From Candidatus Thermofontivivens primus (GTDB lineage: Bacteria; Sysuimicrobiota; Sysuimicrobiia; Sysuimicrobiales; Thermofontiviventaceae), in assembly GCA_031458695.1 (NCBI GenBank), contig JAVKJW010000023.1, forward strand, positions 1 through 36,309: a DNA stretch of 36,309 nucleotides, in the 5' to 3' direction. The notes below the pieces were generated by a model. The model saw nothing but the letters and a program-made list of their open reading frames with translations. It searched no databases and was not told where the DNA came from. Positions 9,518-18,848 of this stretch are shown piece after piece; position 1 is the first letter of the stretch; each line of letters starts with the position of its first letter. Both the position numbers and the translations under genes were made by a program.

Positions 9518-10510
9518 CTACAGTTTGAACTGGCGCAGGAGCGCCTTGAGATTCTCACGGGGCCGGAAGAGGACGCGGCGGCGCTCGACCAACCCCATAA
9601 GGCCGTCCGGCATGAACAAGACTACCAGACAAATCGCTACCCCGGCATACACCAAGTACAGGGTGCTCTCTCCTCGGAGGAACCAAAGCAAGCGGTTCAC
9701 AAGCTGGATGGCTGTTGCACCGACTAGGGGGCCCCACAACGTCCCTACTCCTCCGAACAACACCATCACCACCATGAGGTCAGTGATGGCAGGACCTAGG
9801 ACGCTATCGGGATGGATATAGGTAATGAGGTAGGCGTAAAGCCCTCCGAAGATGGCCGCTGGAATGGCACTCAGCGCAAAGGCCTCGATCTTGGTCACCA
9901 CCGTATCAACCCCTGCTGTCTCTGCGGCTATCTCGTTCTCCCGGATTGCCCGGAGCTTGTACCCGAACATAGAACGCTCCAGCAGGAGGTAAGCCAAGAG
10001 ATAGGTCAGGATCGTGGCAATCAGGATCGCTTCGTAGAAGAAGGGAAGGTTCAGGAAAGGCGGGAGTTGCATGCCAAACGCGCCCCCCGTGATCTCCAGC
10101 ACCGTGGCAACCTGCCGCACCGCTTCCCCGAATGCCCATGTGGCGATGGCAAAATATGCTCCCCGCAGGCGAAGGGTGGGGATTCCAATGGTAGCGGCAC
10201 AAAGCACGCTCAGGACTGCACCCACGGGGAGAGTTGGCCAGAAGGGCCATCCCGCATGGACCATGAGGATCGCTGTTGTATACGCACCGATCCCGAAGAA
10301 AGCACCGTGGCCGAAGCTCAGGTAGCCCGTGTAGCCTCCGATAATGTTCCAGCTCTGAGCCAACCCCGCCCACATCAACACCTCTGTGGCGATGCGCAAC
10401 CAGAACGAGGATACGAATAAGGGGACGGCCATTGCGACTCCTATCAGGATGGTCCATCCAAGGACCTGGGGTGTCCTGGTCTGGGAGATCCTTCTGACTC
10501 CTACCAGCAA
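9518..10510 (-). CDS. livM: Liv-type ABC permease, LivM-like
   Basis: Motifs WNIIGGYTGYLSFGHGAFFGIGAY, RLRGAYFAIAT, AIRENEIAA and GGVGTLWGP. Confidence 0.9.
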   Translation of the reverse strand: MLVGVRRISQTRTPQVLGWTILIGVAMAVPLFVSSFWLRIATEVLMWAGLAQSWNIIGGYTGYLSFGHGAFFGIGAYTTAILMVHAGWPFWPTLPVGAVLSVLCAATIGIPTLRLRGAYFAIATWAFGEAVRQVATVLEITGGAFGMQLPPFLNLPFFYEAILIATILTYLLAYLLLERSMFGYKLRAIRENEIAAETAGVDTVVTKIEAFALSAIPAAIFGGLYAYLITYIHPDSVLGPAITDLMVVMVLFGGVGTLWGPLVGATAIQLVNRLLWFLRGESTLYLVYAGVAICLVVLFMPDGLMGLVERRRVLFRPRENLKALLRQFKL

Positions 10511-10511
10511 C

Positions 10512-11384
10512 CTACCAACCCCTTCCGAGAAGCCCTCTGGGACGTACCAGGAGGGTCAAGTAAAGGACGAAGAACACCGCAAGAAGCGTGTATCTCCCGC
10601 TCACGTATACCGTGACGAACGACTGCAACAAGCCCAAGAGGAAAGCCGCAGGAATTACCCCAGGCACGTACCCCATACCGGCCAGAACGACCACAAAGAA
10701 GGCGAATGTCGTATACTTCAGCCCCATCCCTGCGTGAATGGAGAAGAGCGCTCCAATCAGCACCCCCGCCATTCCTGTCAGTCCGGTGTACATGGCATAT
10801 ACAAGAGCACTTACCCGGTTCGTATCCACCCCCAGGAGCTCTGCCATGACCCGGTCCTGGGCCATGGCCCGGATTGCCACGCCAATTTTGGACCACTTCA
10901 GGAACAGCATGAACGCCACCGTAGCAAGGACACCGAAGGCAAATCCGGCAAACCGCAATGCCGGCACCACTGCAACGCCTAAGGCGAGGGATTCTCCTGA
11001 GAGCCAGGTCGTTACTGACCGCACGTGGAATCCCCATGCCGTGAGGGCTCCGCCCTTGATCAAACTTGCCAAACCAAAGGTGAAAACCAAACCCATGAGA
11101 GCGGGATTGTGGCGGCGCCCGCTGACTGCGCGATGGATCAAAGGATAAATCAGGTAGCCAATGGCCAAATACAAGAAGAAAATCACGGGGAGATAGAGAA
11201 AGGGATCTCGCCCGAGGTAGCGTACCATCCAGAAGGCCGTATAGGCCCCAAGCATCACCCACTCCCCAACAGCGAAGTCGATGATGTGCATCACCCCAAA
11301 ACAAAGGGAGAAACCAACCCCGATGACAATGATGAGCCCACCGATGAGGAGGCCATCAACGAGTGTCTGCAGGAACAATTCCAT
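10512..11384 (-). CDS. livH: Liv-type ABC permease, LivH-like
   Basis: Motifs GFSLCFGVMHIIDFAVGE, GVAIRAMAQD and the C-terminal RPRGLLG. Confidence 0.9.
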   Translation of the reverse strand: MELFLQTLVDGLLIGGLIIVIGVGFSLCFGVMHIIDFAVGEWVMLGAYTAFWMVRYLGRDPFLYLPVIFFLYLAIGYLIYPLIHRAVSGRRHNPALMGLVFTFGLASLIKGGALTAWGFHVRSVTTWLSGESLALGVAVVPALRFAGFAFGVLATVAFMLFLKWSKIGVAIRAMAQDRVMAELLGVDTNRVSALVYAMYTGLTGMAGVLIGALFSIHAGMGLKYTTFAFFVVVLAGMGYVPGVIPAAFLLGLLQSFVTVYVSGRYTLLAVFFVLYLTLLVRPRGLLGRGW

Positions 11385-11455
11385 CCTTTACATCCTCTCC
11401 TGTACCCTCTCTTCGGCTTGGAACGATTCTCCTCCTCTCCATCTATGAGGAGAAC

Positions 11456-11497
11456 GCAAGGAAGGGGGGCGCACACATCATGCGCCCCCTTCCTTGC
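11456..11497 (-). terminator. Strong stem-loop between binding-protein and permease genes (partial terminator or mRNA stabiliser)
   Basis: GCAAGGAAGGGGGGCGCA-N7-TGCGCCCCCTTCCTTGC forms a 17-bp stem with one bulge. Confidence 0.6.
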
Positions 11498-11527
11498 TCT
11501 TCTCGAAGAGACCCTGCCCCTCGTTTC

Positions 11528-12832
11528 TCAGCGTCTGTCCCAAGGCGGTGTGGGGTAACGTGGTTTGGCTAAAGCGAGCTTTCCGGGGCCTACCTCAACA
11601 AGCTTTCCACCCTGGTATTGGAGAGCAATGGGCTGGAGCCCTGCGTTGCTGTGGTAGTAATCCCCGGAGGTCGCGAACTTGACCGGCCCATAGAAGGTCA
11701 TGATGTTGAGCTTCTCCAGGGCTGCAACCAGGGCATCCTTCTCTGCCTGATCCAGAGGAGGTGTCGCTTTGATCTGGCGGAGCGCCTCCTGGAAGGCGAT
11801 CCCTGCAGCCGTAGAAGCCGCTTCGGTGTAGTCAGGCTCCGTCCCGAACTTCGCTTTGAACTTTTCCGCATACTCCTTGGGAGTAGTGAATAGGATGGTT
11901 GCCTTGTAGTTCAAGTTTGCGGTCCAGACGGAAGCCCCGAAGACGTACTCGGCGTCCTTCCCAAGACCCTTGCGGAAATCCGGCGTCGTCATGCCGTAGT
12001 GCTGCACGAACGCCTTGGGATTAAACTTCAGCTCCTTGGCTGCCTTGATCATCTCGATGGCCGCCTTCTCGTGGCTTCCAATGGCGAAGATATCGGGATT
12101 CTGGGCCTTCGCCGCGCTCACCGCAGGGGTGTAATCGCTTCCTTCTGGGACGATCTCGTACCGCACGACCTTGATGCCGAACTTCTGCGCAGCCGTTCGG
12201 AAGGCCTCAGCGGCAAACTTGGAGAAGGGATCATCGATCCCTAAGATGGCGATGGTCTGCGGCTTTGGCGAAACGTCCTGAGCGAGCGTCTGGATTGGTG
12301 CCTGGGCGTTGATGCTCACGGGCGGGATGGTCCCGAAAGTGTACTTGAACTTGCGCTGCCAGATGAGCGGGGACTCCGCAGACCCGGTGATATGGGGCAC
12401 CTTATACTTCTCTGTGATGGGTGCGAGTGCAAGGGTTGTGCCGCTGGCGTAGGGTCCGAGGATGAAGTCCACCTGCTCCTGGGTGATGAGCCGCTCGCCT
12501 GCAACCGCGGCAGTGGCGGGAGTACTCTGATCATCCGCATAGATGAGCTGGACGCGGTATCTCTTCCCAGCGATTTCGATCCCTCCCAGCTGGTTCACGG
12601 TATCCGCCCACATGTCATAGCCTCGCTTGGTCACGTTCCCTCCAAAGGCGAGCTCTCCCGACAGAGAGGTGACCACGCCTACCTTAAAGAAATCCCTCGC
12701 CGGCGCGGCTCCTGTTGTGGGGGAGACCGTGAGAGACAACAGGGATACAACAAGGAGAATAAGGAATAATCCCCTTCCCCAATTTAGACGAGATAGGCAA
12801 TCTTCCCGCATACGGTTCCACCTCCTCGTCAT
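11528..12832 (-). CDS. Amino-acid ABC transporter substrate-binding protein (LivK/J-like)
   Basis: Signal peptide and motifs VGVVTSLSG, YADDQS and FILGPYAS. ATGA overlap with gabT. The exact start is uncertain. Confidence 0.88.
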   Translation of the reverse strand: MTRRWNRMREDCLSRLNWGRGLFLILLVVSLLSLTVSPTTGAAPARDFFKVGVVTSLSGELAFGGNVTKRGYDMWADTVNQLGGIEIAGKRYRVQLIYADDQSTPATAAVAGERLITQEQVDFILGPYASGTTLALAPITEKYKVPHITGSAESPLIWQRKFKYTFGTIPPVSINAQAPIQTLAQDVSPKPQTIAILGIDDPFSKFAAEAFRTAAQKFGIKVVRYEIVPEGSDYTPAVSAAKAQNPDIFAIGSHEKAAIEMIKAAKELKFNPKAFVQHYGMTTPDFRKGLGKDAEYVFGASVWTANLNYKATILFTTPKEYAEKFKAKFGTEPDYTEAASTAAGIAFQEALRQIKATPPLDQAEKDALVAALEKLNIMTFYGPVKFATSGDYYHSNAGLQPIALQYQGGKLVEVGPGKLALAKPRYPTPPWDRR

Positions 12833-14184
12833 GCTCCTGATTGCCGCAAGCCTTCCTCGAGGATATCCAGCCCTCTTGTAACCTGCTCATCCGTGGCCAC
12901 GAGGGGCACGAGGACTCGGATGACGTTCCCGTAGAGCCCCGCAGGCATGAGGATCAATCCGTTGCGGTAGCATGCAGCAATCACCTGCTTCGTTTCCTCC
13001 GGCGCAGGCTCCTTCGTTGTACGATCCTTGACAAGCTCAATAGCAGCCATCGCGCCGAGCGCGCGAACGTCCCCCACAAGGGGGTAGCGCTCATAGAACT
13101 CCTCAAACCGCCTTTGGATCAGCTGGCCGATGCGGGCCGCGCGTTCGACGAGGCGCTCCTCGCGGAAGACCTCGAGCACGGCGAGCGCCGCGGCGCAGGC
13201 AAGGGGATTCCCTCCATACGTCCCACCAAGACCGCCGACGTCAGGAGCGTCCATGATCTCCGCGCGCCCGACCACGGCGCTCAGCGGCAAGCCTGCCGCC
13301 AGGGACTTCCCAAGGACCACAATGTCGGGGGCAACCCCGAAGTGTTCTACAGCGAGGAATTTGCCTGTCCGGCCAAATCCAGTCTGGATCTCGTCGGCGA
13401 TGAAGAGGATGTTGTGCCGCTCACAGATCGCCTTCAACCGGGGAAGGAAGTTCAAAGGGGGGACGATGAACCCTCCCTCCCCCTGGACGGGCTCGACAAT
13501 CACCGCCGCTACCCGGTCAGGGGAAACGTGCGTGTGGAACATCTCCTCCAGTACCTCTAGGCACCAGTCGGTACATTCTTCTGGCGTGGGGCGGCCGGGA
13601 AAGCGATACACGTAAGGGAAAGGAGCCCGGTAGACCTCAGGGGGGAACGGCCCAAACCCTCGTTTGTACGGGCGTTCCTTTCCGGTTAGCGCTAGACCCA
13701 TGAGAGTTCGTCCATGGAAGGCGTTGGTGAAGGCGATGATTGCAGGCCGCCCTGTATAGGCGCGGGCGATCTTCACTGCGTTCTCCACGGCCTCCGCACC
13801 GCTATTCAGAAGGAGGGTCTTCTTGGGGAAGTCGCCTGGCACGAGGGAGGCCAGCTGCTCGGCGAGGCTCACGTACCCTTCGTAGAGCATGACGTGAAAG
13901 CAGGTGTGAAAGAACCGCTCTGCCTGTGCTTTCACTGCAGCCACCACCCGCGGATGGCTGTAGCCCACGTTCAGGGTACCGATCCCCCCGGCAAAATCGA
14001 GGTACGTATTCCCGTCGACATCGGTGACAATTGCCCCATGCCCTGCCGCGGCAAAGATGGGAGTAGAATGGAAGACTCCTCTGGGGATAGCCCTCTCCCG
14101 CCTGGCCATGAGCTGGCAAGAGACTGGACCTGGAATCTCGGTGACTTTTACAACCGGGTTTTCTGCCATCTCCCTCTTCTTCAT
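12829..14184 (-). CDS. gabT: 4-aminobutyrate/5-aminovalerate aminotransferase (class III PLP enzyme)
   Basis: Motifs LDFAGGIG, HTCF, NSGAEAVENAVKIAR, FHGRT, EPVQGEGGF, DEIQTGFGRTG, PLP Lys in GKSLAAG, and GGTYGGNP. Alternative start at 14169. Confidence 0.9.
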   Translation of the reverse strand: MKKREMAENPVVKVTEIPGPVSCQLMARRERAIPRGVFHSTPIFAAAGHGAIVTDVDGNTYLDFAGGIGTLNVGYSHPRVVAAVKAQAERFFHTCFHVMLYEGYVSLAEQLASLVPGDFPKKTLLLNSGAEAVENAVKIARAYTGRPAIIAFTNAFHGRTLMGLALTGKERPYKRGFGPFPPEVYRAPFPYVYRFPGRPTPEECTDWCLEVLEEMFHTHVSPDRVAAVIVEPVQGEGGFIVPPLNFLPRLKAICERHNILFIADEIQTGFGRTGKFLAVEHFGVAPDIVVLGKSLAAGLPLSAVVGRAEIMDAPDVGGLGGTYGGNPLACAAALAVLEVFREERLVERAARIGQLIQRRFEEFYERYPLVGDVRALGAMAAIELVKDRTTKEPAPEETKQVIAACYRNGLILMPAGLYGNVIRVLVPLVATDEQVTRGLDILEEGLRQSGA

Positions 14185-14369
14185 ACATGTATCCTACTCT
14201 TTCCCTTTCAAAGCTCCTTTGTAACTTGTGCACATTTTTAATAGGTTCTTCTGTGCATCTATGACATAAGGACTTCATGCAGCTTTCCCTACCCTTAAAG
14301 TTCCAACTTTCGCTACAGTCGGCAGGGTCTTTCGATTTTGTGGAAACCAGGGTTTTCTACGAATTGGCA

Positions 14370-16031
14370 TTAGAGGATCCGCTCGATCTCCCGCGCCACG
14401 AAAAGGTCCACACGCACTCGCGCGTCTTTCAAGGAACGTCCAAGAAGCGCTTCAATCTTCTGGATGCGCGCCCTCATGGTGTTCCGATGGATCCCAAGAG
14501 CTTTCGCTGCTGCATTCTGGTTGAACTCATGGTCTACCAGGGACCATACCGTCTTCCGCAGGACGGCCCCCTGGGGCGTAGCGAGAAGAGGGCCAACGAT
14601 CTTTTCATACATCCCCCGGAGGGCGGCGCGGTCAGGTACCTGAGAAAGAAGGTGGGTGAGAGCGAGATCTTCGAACAACAAAAACCCCTCATCCCCCTTA
14701 GCCAGGAGGAGAGCTCGTTCGGCCTCCCAGTAGCTCCGGGGTATACCTTGGGCCCCCTCCTGCGGAGTTCCTGCTGTGATCAGAAGAGGAGGGAGGCCTT
14801 CTACAAGCTCAAGGGATCTGTAGAGATTGCTGAGGAACTTTCGAAACTCCCCGCCGGGAAGCTGTCCTGCCGGGACGAGACAGATGATCTGGTTCAAGGT
14901 ATAGGTGAGAAGCCTAGGGAGCTTGTGCTCATCCAGGATCCATCGGAGGGTCTGCCCCATCCGCTCCCGCCGGTAGAAGTCCTCGCGGCTGGTCAACGGC
15001 CACCGCCTGGTGCTCCGGTCATGTCCCAGAAGCGCCATCAGGACGACTGCATAGCGGCCCTGCGGGTCGAACCCTAGGAGCCGGGCGCGCTCCATCAGGT
15101 CCTCTGGAGGAACGGCACCACGGATCAGCCCATCCACAAACGTGTAGCCAATCCTTTCCTCTACAGCTGCAAGCGACCGCTGACGGAGGAGATGAAGCGC
15201 TGCCACCGTAGCGGCATGCTCGGCGGCGCGGAGATCCAGATCATTGAGCGGGGTTTTCCCCTCCAGGATCCAAATATACCCCAGCAACTCGCCACCGGCC
15301 CGGATCGGGCAGACGATCCTTGCCTCCATCCCCACCTCAGGGAACGCAGGGAGACGAACGGGCTTCTCCGCTGCTTCAAGACGGCGGAAGAGCCCACTCC
15401 TCTCCAAGGCTTCCCGGATCTCCCGGGGAGTCTCCTTATACTGGATCGTCGCCTCTCTGGCGGGGTCGTGCTCCCCGGTATACTCGGCGTGGGCCAACAG
15501 CTTGAGCCCGGGATCCTCGATGGTCACGGATTTCCCAATGAGCGAGGAGAGGGTCTTTGCGATCCCACCTAGGTCCGTCGCCTCCACGGCAGCGAGGGTG
15601 AGGGCCCGGTGGATCTCATCAGCCCGCTCGATGAGTTCATACTGGCGCTTGATGATCTCCCGGCTCACTGCTTCGGTGATATCCACAAAGGCAAGCTCCC
15701 ACGGAGCTTCCAGGATAGGCAGGTGAAGGGCTTCAGCCTCTTCCAGAATGGACCTGGGGATCTCCTGGAGGAACTTGCTTGGCTCGAACAGGATGGCAGC
15801 CAGGCCCTTCGCATTCAGCTCGCGGACTGTGCGGCGGCGTTCCTCGTCTTCGGTGGGCCAGCCGTACCCTGTTGTGAGAAGCAGTTCTCCGCCGCGAACC
15901 CATGGGATGATCTCCGGGATGTCGATGATGTGGACCCAGCGGATCTCCCGGTCGAGACCAGCGTGCCCAGCAACGATGCGCACGGGACGCATGACCTCGA
16001 GCTGTAACGCTTCCCTGACAGTGAGACCCAA
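14370..16031 (-). CDS. PucR-family transcriptional regulator
   Basis: N-terminal GLDREIRWVH...GGELLLTTG, a GAF-like middle region and a C-terminal HTH (AAKALGIHRNTMRARI). TTG start at 16031 after GGGAGGGGG. Confidence 0.9.
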   Translation of the reverse strand: MGLTVREALQLEVMRPVRIVAGHAGLDREIRWVHIIDIPEIIPWVRGGELLLTTGYGWPTEDEERRRTVRELNAKGLAAILFEPSKFLQEIPRSILEEAEALHLPILEAPWELAFVDITEAVSREIIKRQYELIERADEIHRALTLAAVEATDLGGIAKTLSSLIGKSVTIEDPGLKLLAHAEYTGEHDPAREATIQYKETPREIREALERSGLFRRLEAAEKPVRLPAFPEVGMEARIVCPIRAGGELLGYIWILEGKTPLNDLDLRAAEHAATVAALHLLRQRSLAAVEERIGYTFVDGLIRGAVPPEDLMERARLLGFDPQGRYAVVLMALLGHDRSTRRWPLTSREDFYRRERMGQTLRWILDEHKLPRLLTYTLNQIICLVPAGQLPGGEFRKFLSNLYRSLELVEGLPPLLITAGTPQEGAQGIPRSYWEAERALLLAKGDEGFLLFEDLALTHLLSQVPDRAALRGMYEKIVGPLLATPQGAVLRKTVWSLVDHEFNQNAAAKALGIHRNTMRARIQKIEALLGRSLKDARVRVDLFVAREIERIL

Positions 16032-16190
16032 GAATTGCCCCCTCCCGAGCACTTTGTGCGGCGCTCTGGTAAAAGATTCGTCGAAAGCCGAAGTGGTTCC
16101 TAGGATTGGCTGCACATAGGTTCGTTGCATCTCCTGGAGGAAATCCGATTCGGCACAGAGAAACGGAGTCGAGGATTATTGACGGTGAGC

Positions 16191-17540
16191 ATGAACAGGA
16201 TCCACCAGAAACGCCCAATTGAGCTGATCATCCGCCCCTTCCAAGAGTTTGCGGAGGAGGAGACATCTGGGGGCATCCTCTTGCTCCTGTGTACAGGAAT
16301 CGCGCTGGCATGGGCCAACTCACCTTGGTCCAACACGTACTTCAGCTTATGGCAGACCAAAGTCACCATTGGACTTGGGCAGTTCGTGTTATCCAAGCCC
16401 CTGCTTCTCTGGATCAACGAGGGGCTGATGACGATCTTCTTTCTCGTTGTGGGGATGGAGATCAAGCGGGAGGTATTGGTCGGCGAGCTCGCCTCCCCGA
16501 AGCAGTCTGCGTTCCCTATCGCCGCAGCCCTCGGGGGAATGCTTGTTCCCGCCGGGATCTACACCGCCCTGAACGCAGGGGGCCCTGGCGGTGCGGGGTG
16601 GGGGGTCCCCATAGCGACCGACATCGCCTTCAGCCTGGGCGTCATGGCCCTCCTGGGCAACCGGGTCCCCCTAGCCCTGAAGGTCTTCCTCACCGCCTTC
16701 GCCATCGTGGACGACATTGGCGCGGTCCTGGTCATCGCCCTCTTCTACACAAAAGAGATCTCCTGGGTCGCTCTGATCATTGGAGCAGGGTTCCTGATTC
16801 TTCTGCTTATGGCGAACCAGGCCGGGGTTCAGCGCCCCCTGGTCTACGGCCTACTGGGCATCGGCCTTTGGTTGGCCTTCCTGGAGTCCGGGGTCCACGC
16901 CACCGTATCCGGAGTGTTGTTGGCGATGGCCATCCCATCCCGGGCGCGCATCAACCCTAGCGAATTTCTCTCCAGGAGCCGGGCGATCCTCGAGGAATTC
17001 GAACGTGCCGGGGAATACGGGAACGAGGTCATCATGAACGAGGACCGCCAGGCTGCCATCCACGCGCTGGAGCGCGCTTGCACGTTTGTGGAGACGCCGT
17101 TGCAACGCCTGGAACACACCCTCCACCCCTGGGTCACCTTTGCCATCCTTCCTCTGTTTGCCTTGGCCAACGCTGGCGTGACCTTGAGCAGAGATCTACT
17201 CAGCGGCCTCCTCCACCCGGTGAGCCTGGGGGTGATCTTCGGATTGGTCATTGGCAACCAGGTGGGGATCACCCTGTTCGCTTGGCTGTCGGTACGCATC
17301 GGCCTTGCAGCGAAGCCCGCCGGAACCACCTGGGGACAGATCTACGGTGTTGGCTGGCTTGGCGGGATCGGGTTCACCATGTCCATATTCATCGCCAACC
17401 TCGCCTTCGGCGAATCTCAGCTTCTGTCTTTGGCGAAAGTGGGAATCTTCACGGCTTCGATCATTGCCGGTATGGGGGGCTGGATCCTTCTCCGGGCGAT
17501 GAGCCCGATCCCCCAAGAGGCGGTGGAAGAGAGCTCATGA
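16191..17540 (+). CDS. nhaA: Na+/H+ antiporter NhaA with atypical residues
   Basis: Motifs FFLVVGMEIKRE, ATDIAF, AIVDD, SGVHAT, PLFALANAGV and GIGFTMSIFI. The start could be TTG 16179. Confidence 0.93.
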   Translation: MNRIHQKRPIELIIRPFQEFAEEETSGGILLLLCTGIALAWANSPWSNTYFSLWQTKVTIGLGQFVLSKPLLLWINEGLMTIFFLVVGMEIKREVLVGELASPKQSAFPIAAALGGMLVPAGIYTALNAGGPGGAGWGVPIATDIAFSLGVMALLGNRVPLALKVFLTAFAIVDDIGAVLVIALFYTKEISWVALIIGAGFLILLLMANQAGVQRPLVYGLLGIGLWLAFLESGVHATVSGVLLAMAIPSRARINPSEFLSRSRAILEEFERAGEYGNEVIMNEDRQAAIHALERACTFVETPLQRLEHTLHPWVTFAILPLFALANAGVTLSRDLLSGLLHPVSLGVIFGLVIGNQVGITLFAWLSVRIGLAAKPAGTTWGQIYGVGWLGGIGFTMSIFIANLAFGESQLLSLAKVGIFTASIIAGMGGWILLRAMSPIPQEAVEESS

Positions 17541-17768
17541 TCTTCCCAGTAAACCTCCCTCCCCTGAAGGACGGGATCTCTACAAGTCCACATTATATGT
17601 GTAGGGTACCCTCTGTGGCTGCTCAAGCGTCCTTTCCACCCAGGCGGATACTTTTCCAGAGGGGTAGGCACGAGCATATCCCCCCACCCTGTTTCCCGTA
17701 GAGTCCAGCTTGCCGAGGGCCTAGGGTAAGTGCAGGAATGGTCTCTCCCCCTGCGGAAATCTCTGAGC

Positions 17769-18848
17769 GTGAGGCGCACGATCCTCCACGTGGACATGGA
17801 TGCCTTCTTCGCTGCAATCGAGCAGCTCCGCCGGCCAGAACTCCGGGGGAAACCGGTGGTCGTCGGGGGCGATGGGAACCCACGCAAGCGCGGCGTTGTC
17901 TCCACAGCGTCCTACGAGGCGCGGCAGTATGGCATCCACTCGGCGATGCCGCTACGCACCGCGTACAGACTGTGCCCCCACGCCTTCTTCCTTCCCGTAG
18001 ATTTCCGCACATACGAGGCGTACTCACGGAGGCTCATGGAGATCCTCAAAGAGTACTCGCCCCTGGTGGAGCCCATGAGCTTGGACGAGGCCTATGTCGA
18101 CATTTCCCATCGACCTGAGGACCCCCTCACCCTTGCACGCATCATCAAAGAAAGGATCCGCAGCGAGCTCGGGCTCACCGCCTCCGTTGGGATCGGTCCG
18201 AATAAGCTTCTGGCGAAGATTGCCTCTGGCCTCCAAAAGCCAGATGGATTGACTGCCCTCTGGGAGCACGAGGTACACGAGCGGCTGGGGAACCTCCCCG
18301 TGACGGTCCTGGTGGGTATCGGACAGAAGACCGCAGCGCTCCTGCGGGAGGAATTCGGGGTGGAGACAGTTCACGATCTCCAGCAGGTTCCCCTCTCCCG
18401 CCTCCAAGAGGTACTCGGCCCCCGCCATGGGGAATACCTGTATCGAATTGCCCGGGGGATCGACGACTCTCCTGTGATCACGGAGTGGGAGCCAAAGTCC
18501 TTCAGCCGGGAGATCACCTTCCAGTGGGATGTGCGCCGCCGGGAACACCTCGTGCGCACTATCCAGGCCCTCGGGGAGGAGCTCTGCCAGGATGTCCTGA
18601 AGGAGTACTTCGTGCGCACCGTCACCCTCAAGGTTCGCTACGCCAACTTCGAAACCCATACCCGCGCAAAGACCCTTCCCCAGCCAACTGCCGATCCTCC
18701 CCTCCTCCTGCAGACGGCGGTGAGCTTGCTGGATCGGTTTCAACTCGATCGCCCCGTACGCCTCGTAGGGGTACGGTTTAGCAACCTCCACAAACGCGCG
18801 GTGGAAGCTCCAGAGAAGAAACCAGAGGGCTTGGGGACGTTGGCATGA
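17769..18848 (+). CDS. dinB: DNA polymerase IV (Y family)
   Basis: Motifs HVDMDAFFAAIEQ, STASYEAR, SLDEAY, SVGIGPNKLLAKIAS and VRLVGV. GTG start chosen from the family N-terminus. The RBS is weak. Confidence 0.95.
   Translation: MRRTILHVDMDAFFAAIEQLRRPELRGKPVVVGGDGNPRKRGVVSTASYEARQYGIHSAMPLRTAYRLCPHAFFLPVDFRTYEAYSRRLMEILKEYSPLVEPMSLDEAYVDISHRPEDPLTLARIIKERIRSELGLTASVGIGPNKLLAKIASGLQKPDGLTALWEHEVHERLGNLPVTVLVGIGQKTAALLREEFGVETVHDLQQVPLSRLQEVLGPRHGEYLYRIARGIDDSPVITEWEPKSFSREITFQWDVRRREHLVRTIQALGEELCQDVLKEYFVRTVTLKVRYANFETHTRAKTLPQPTADPPLLLQTAVSLLDRFQLDRPVRLVGVRFSNLHKRAVEAPEKKPEGLGTLA

Noticed and set aside
16032..16190. Possible Na+/Li+ riboswitch upstream of nhaA
   Set aside because: I could not recognise the nhaA-I, nhaA-II or DUF1646 consensus by eye. 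An Rfam scan would settle it.
17541..17768. LexA/SOS box upstream of dinB
   Set aside because: No GAAC-N4-GTTC or CTGT-N8-ACAG was seen. The short palindromes CACAT-N3-ATGTG and AGGGTACCCT are too weak to call.
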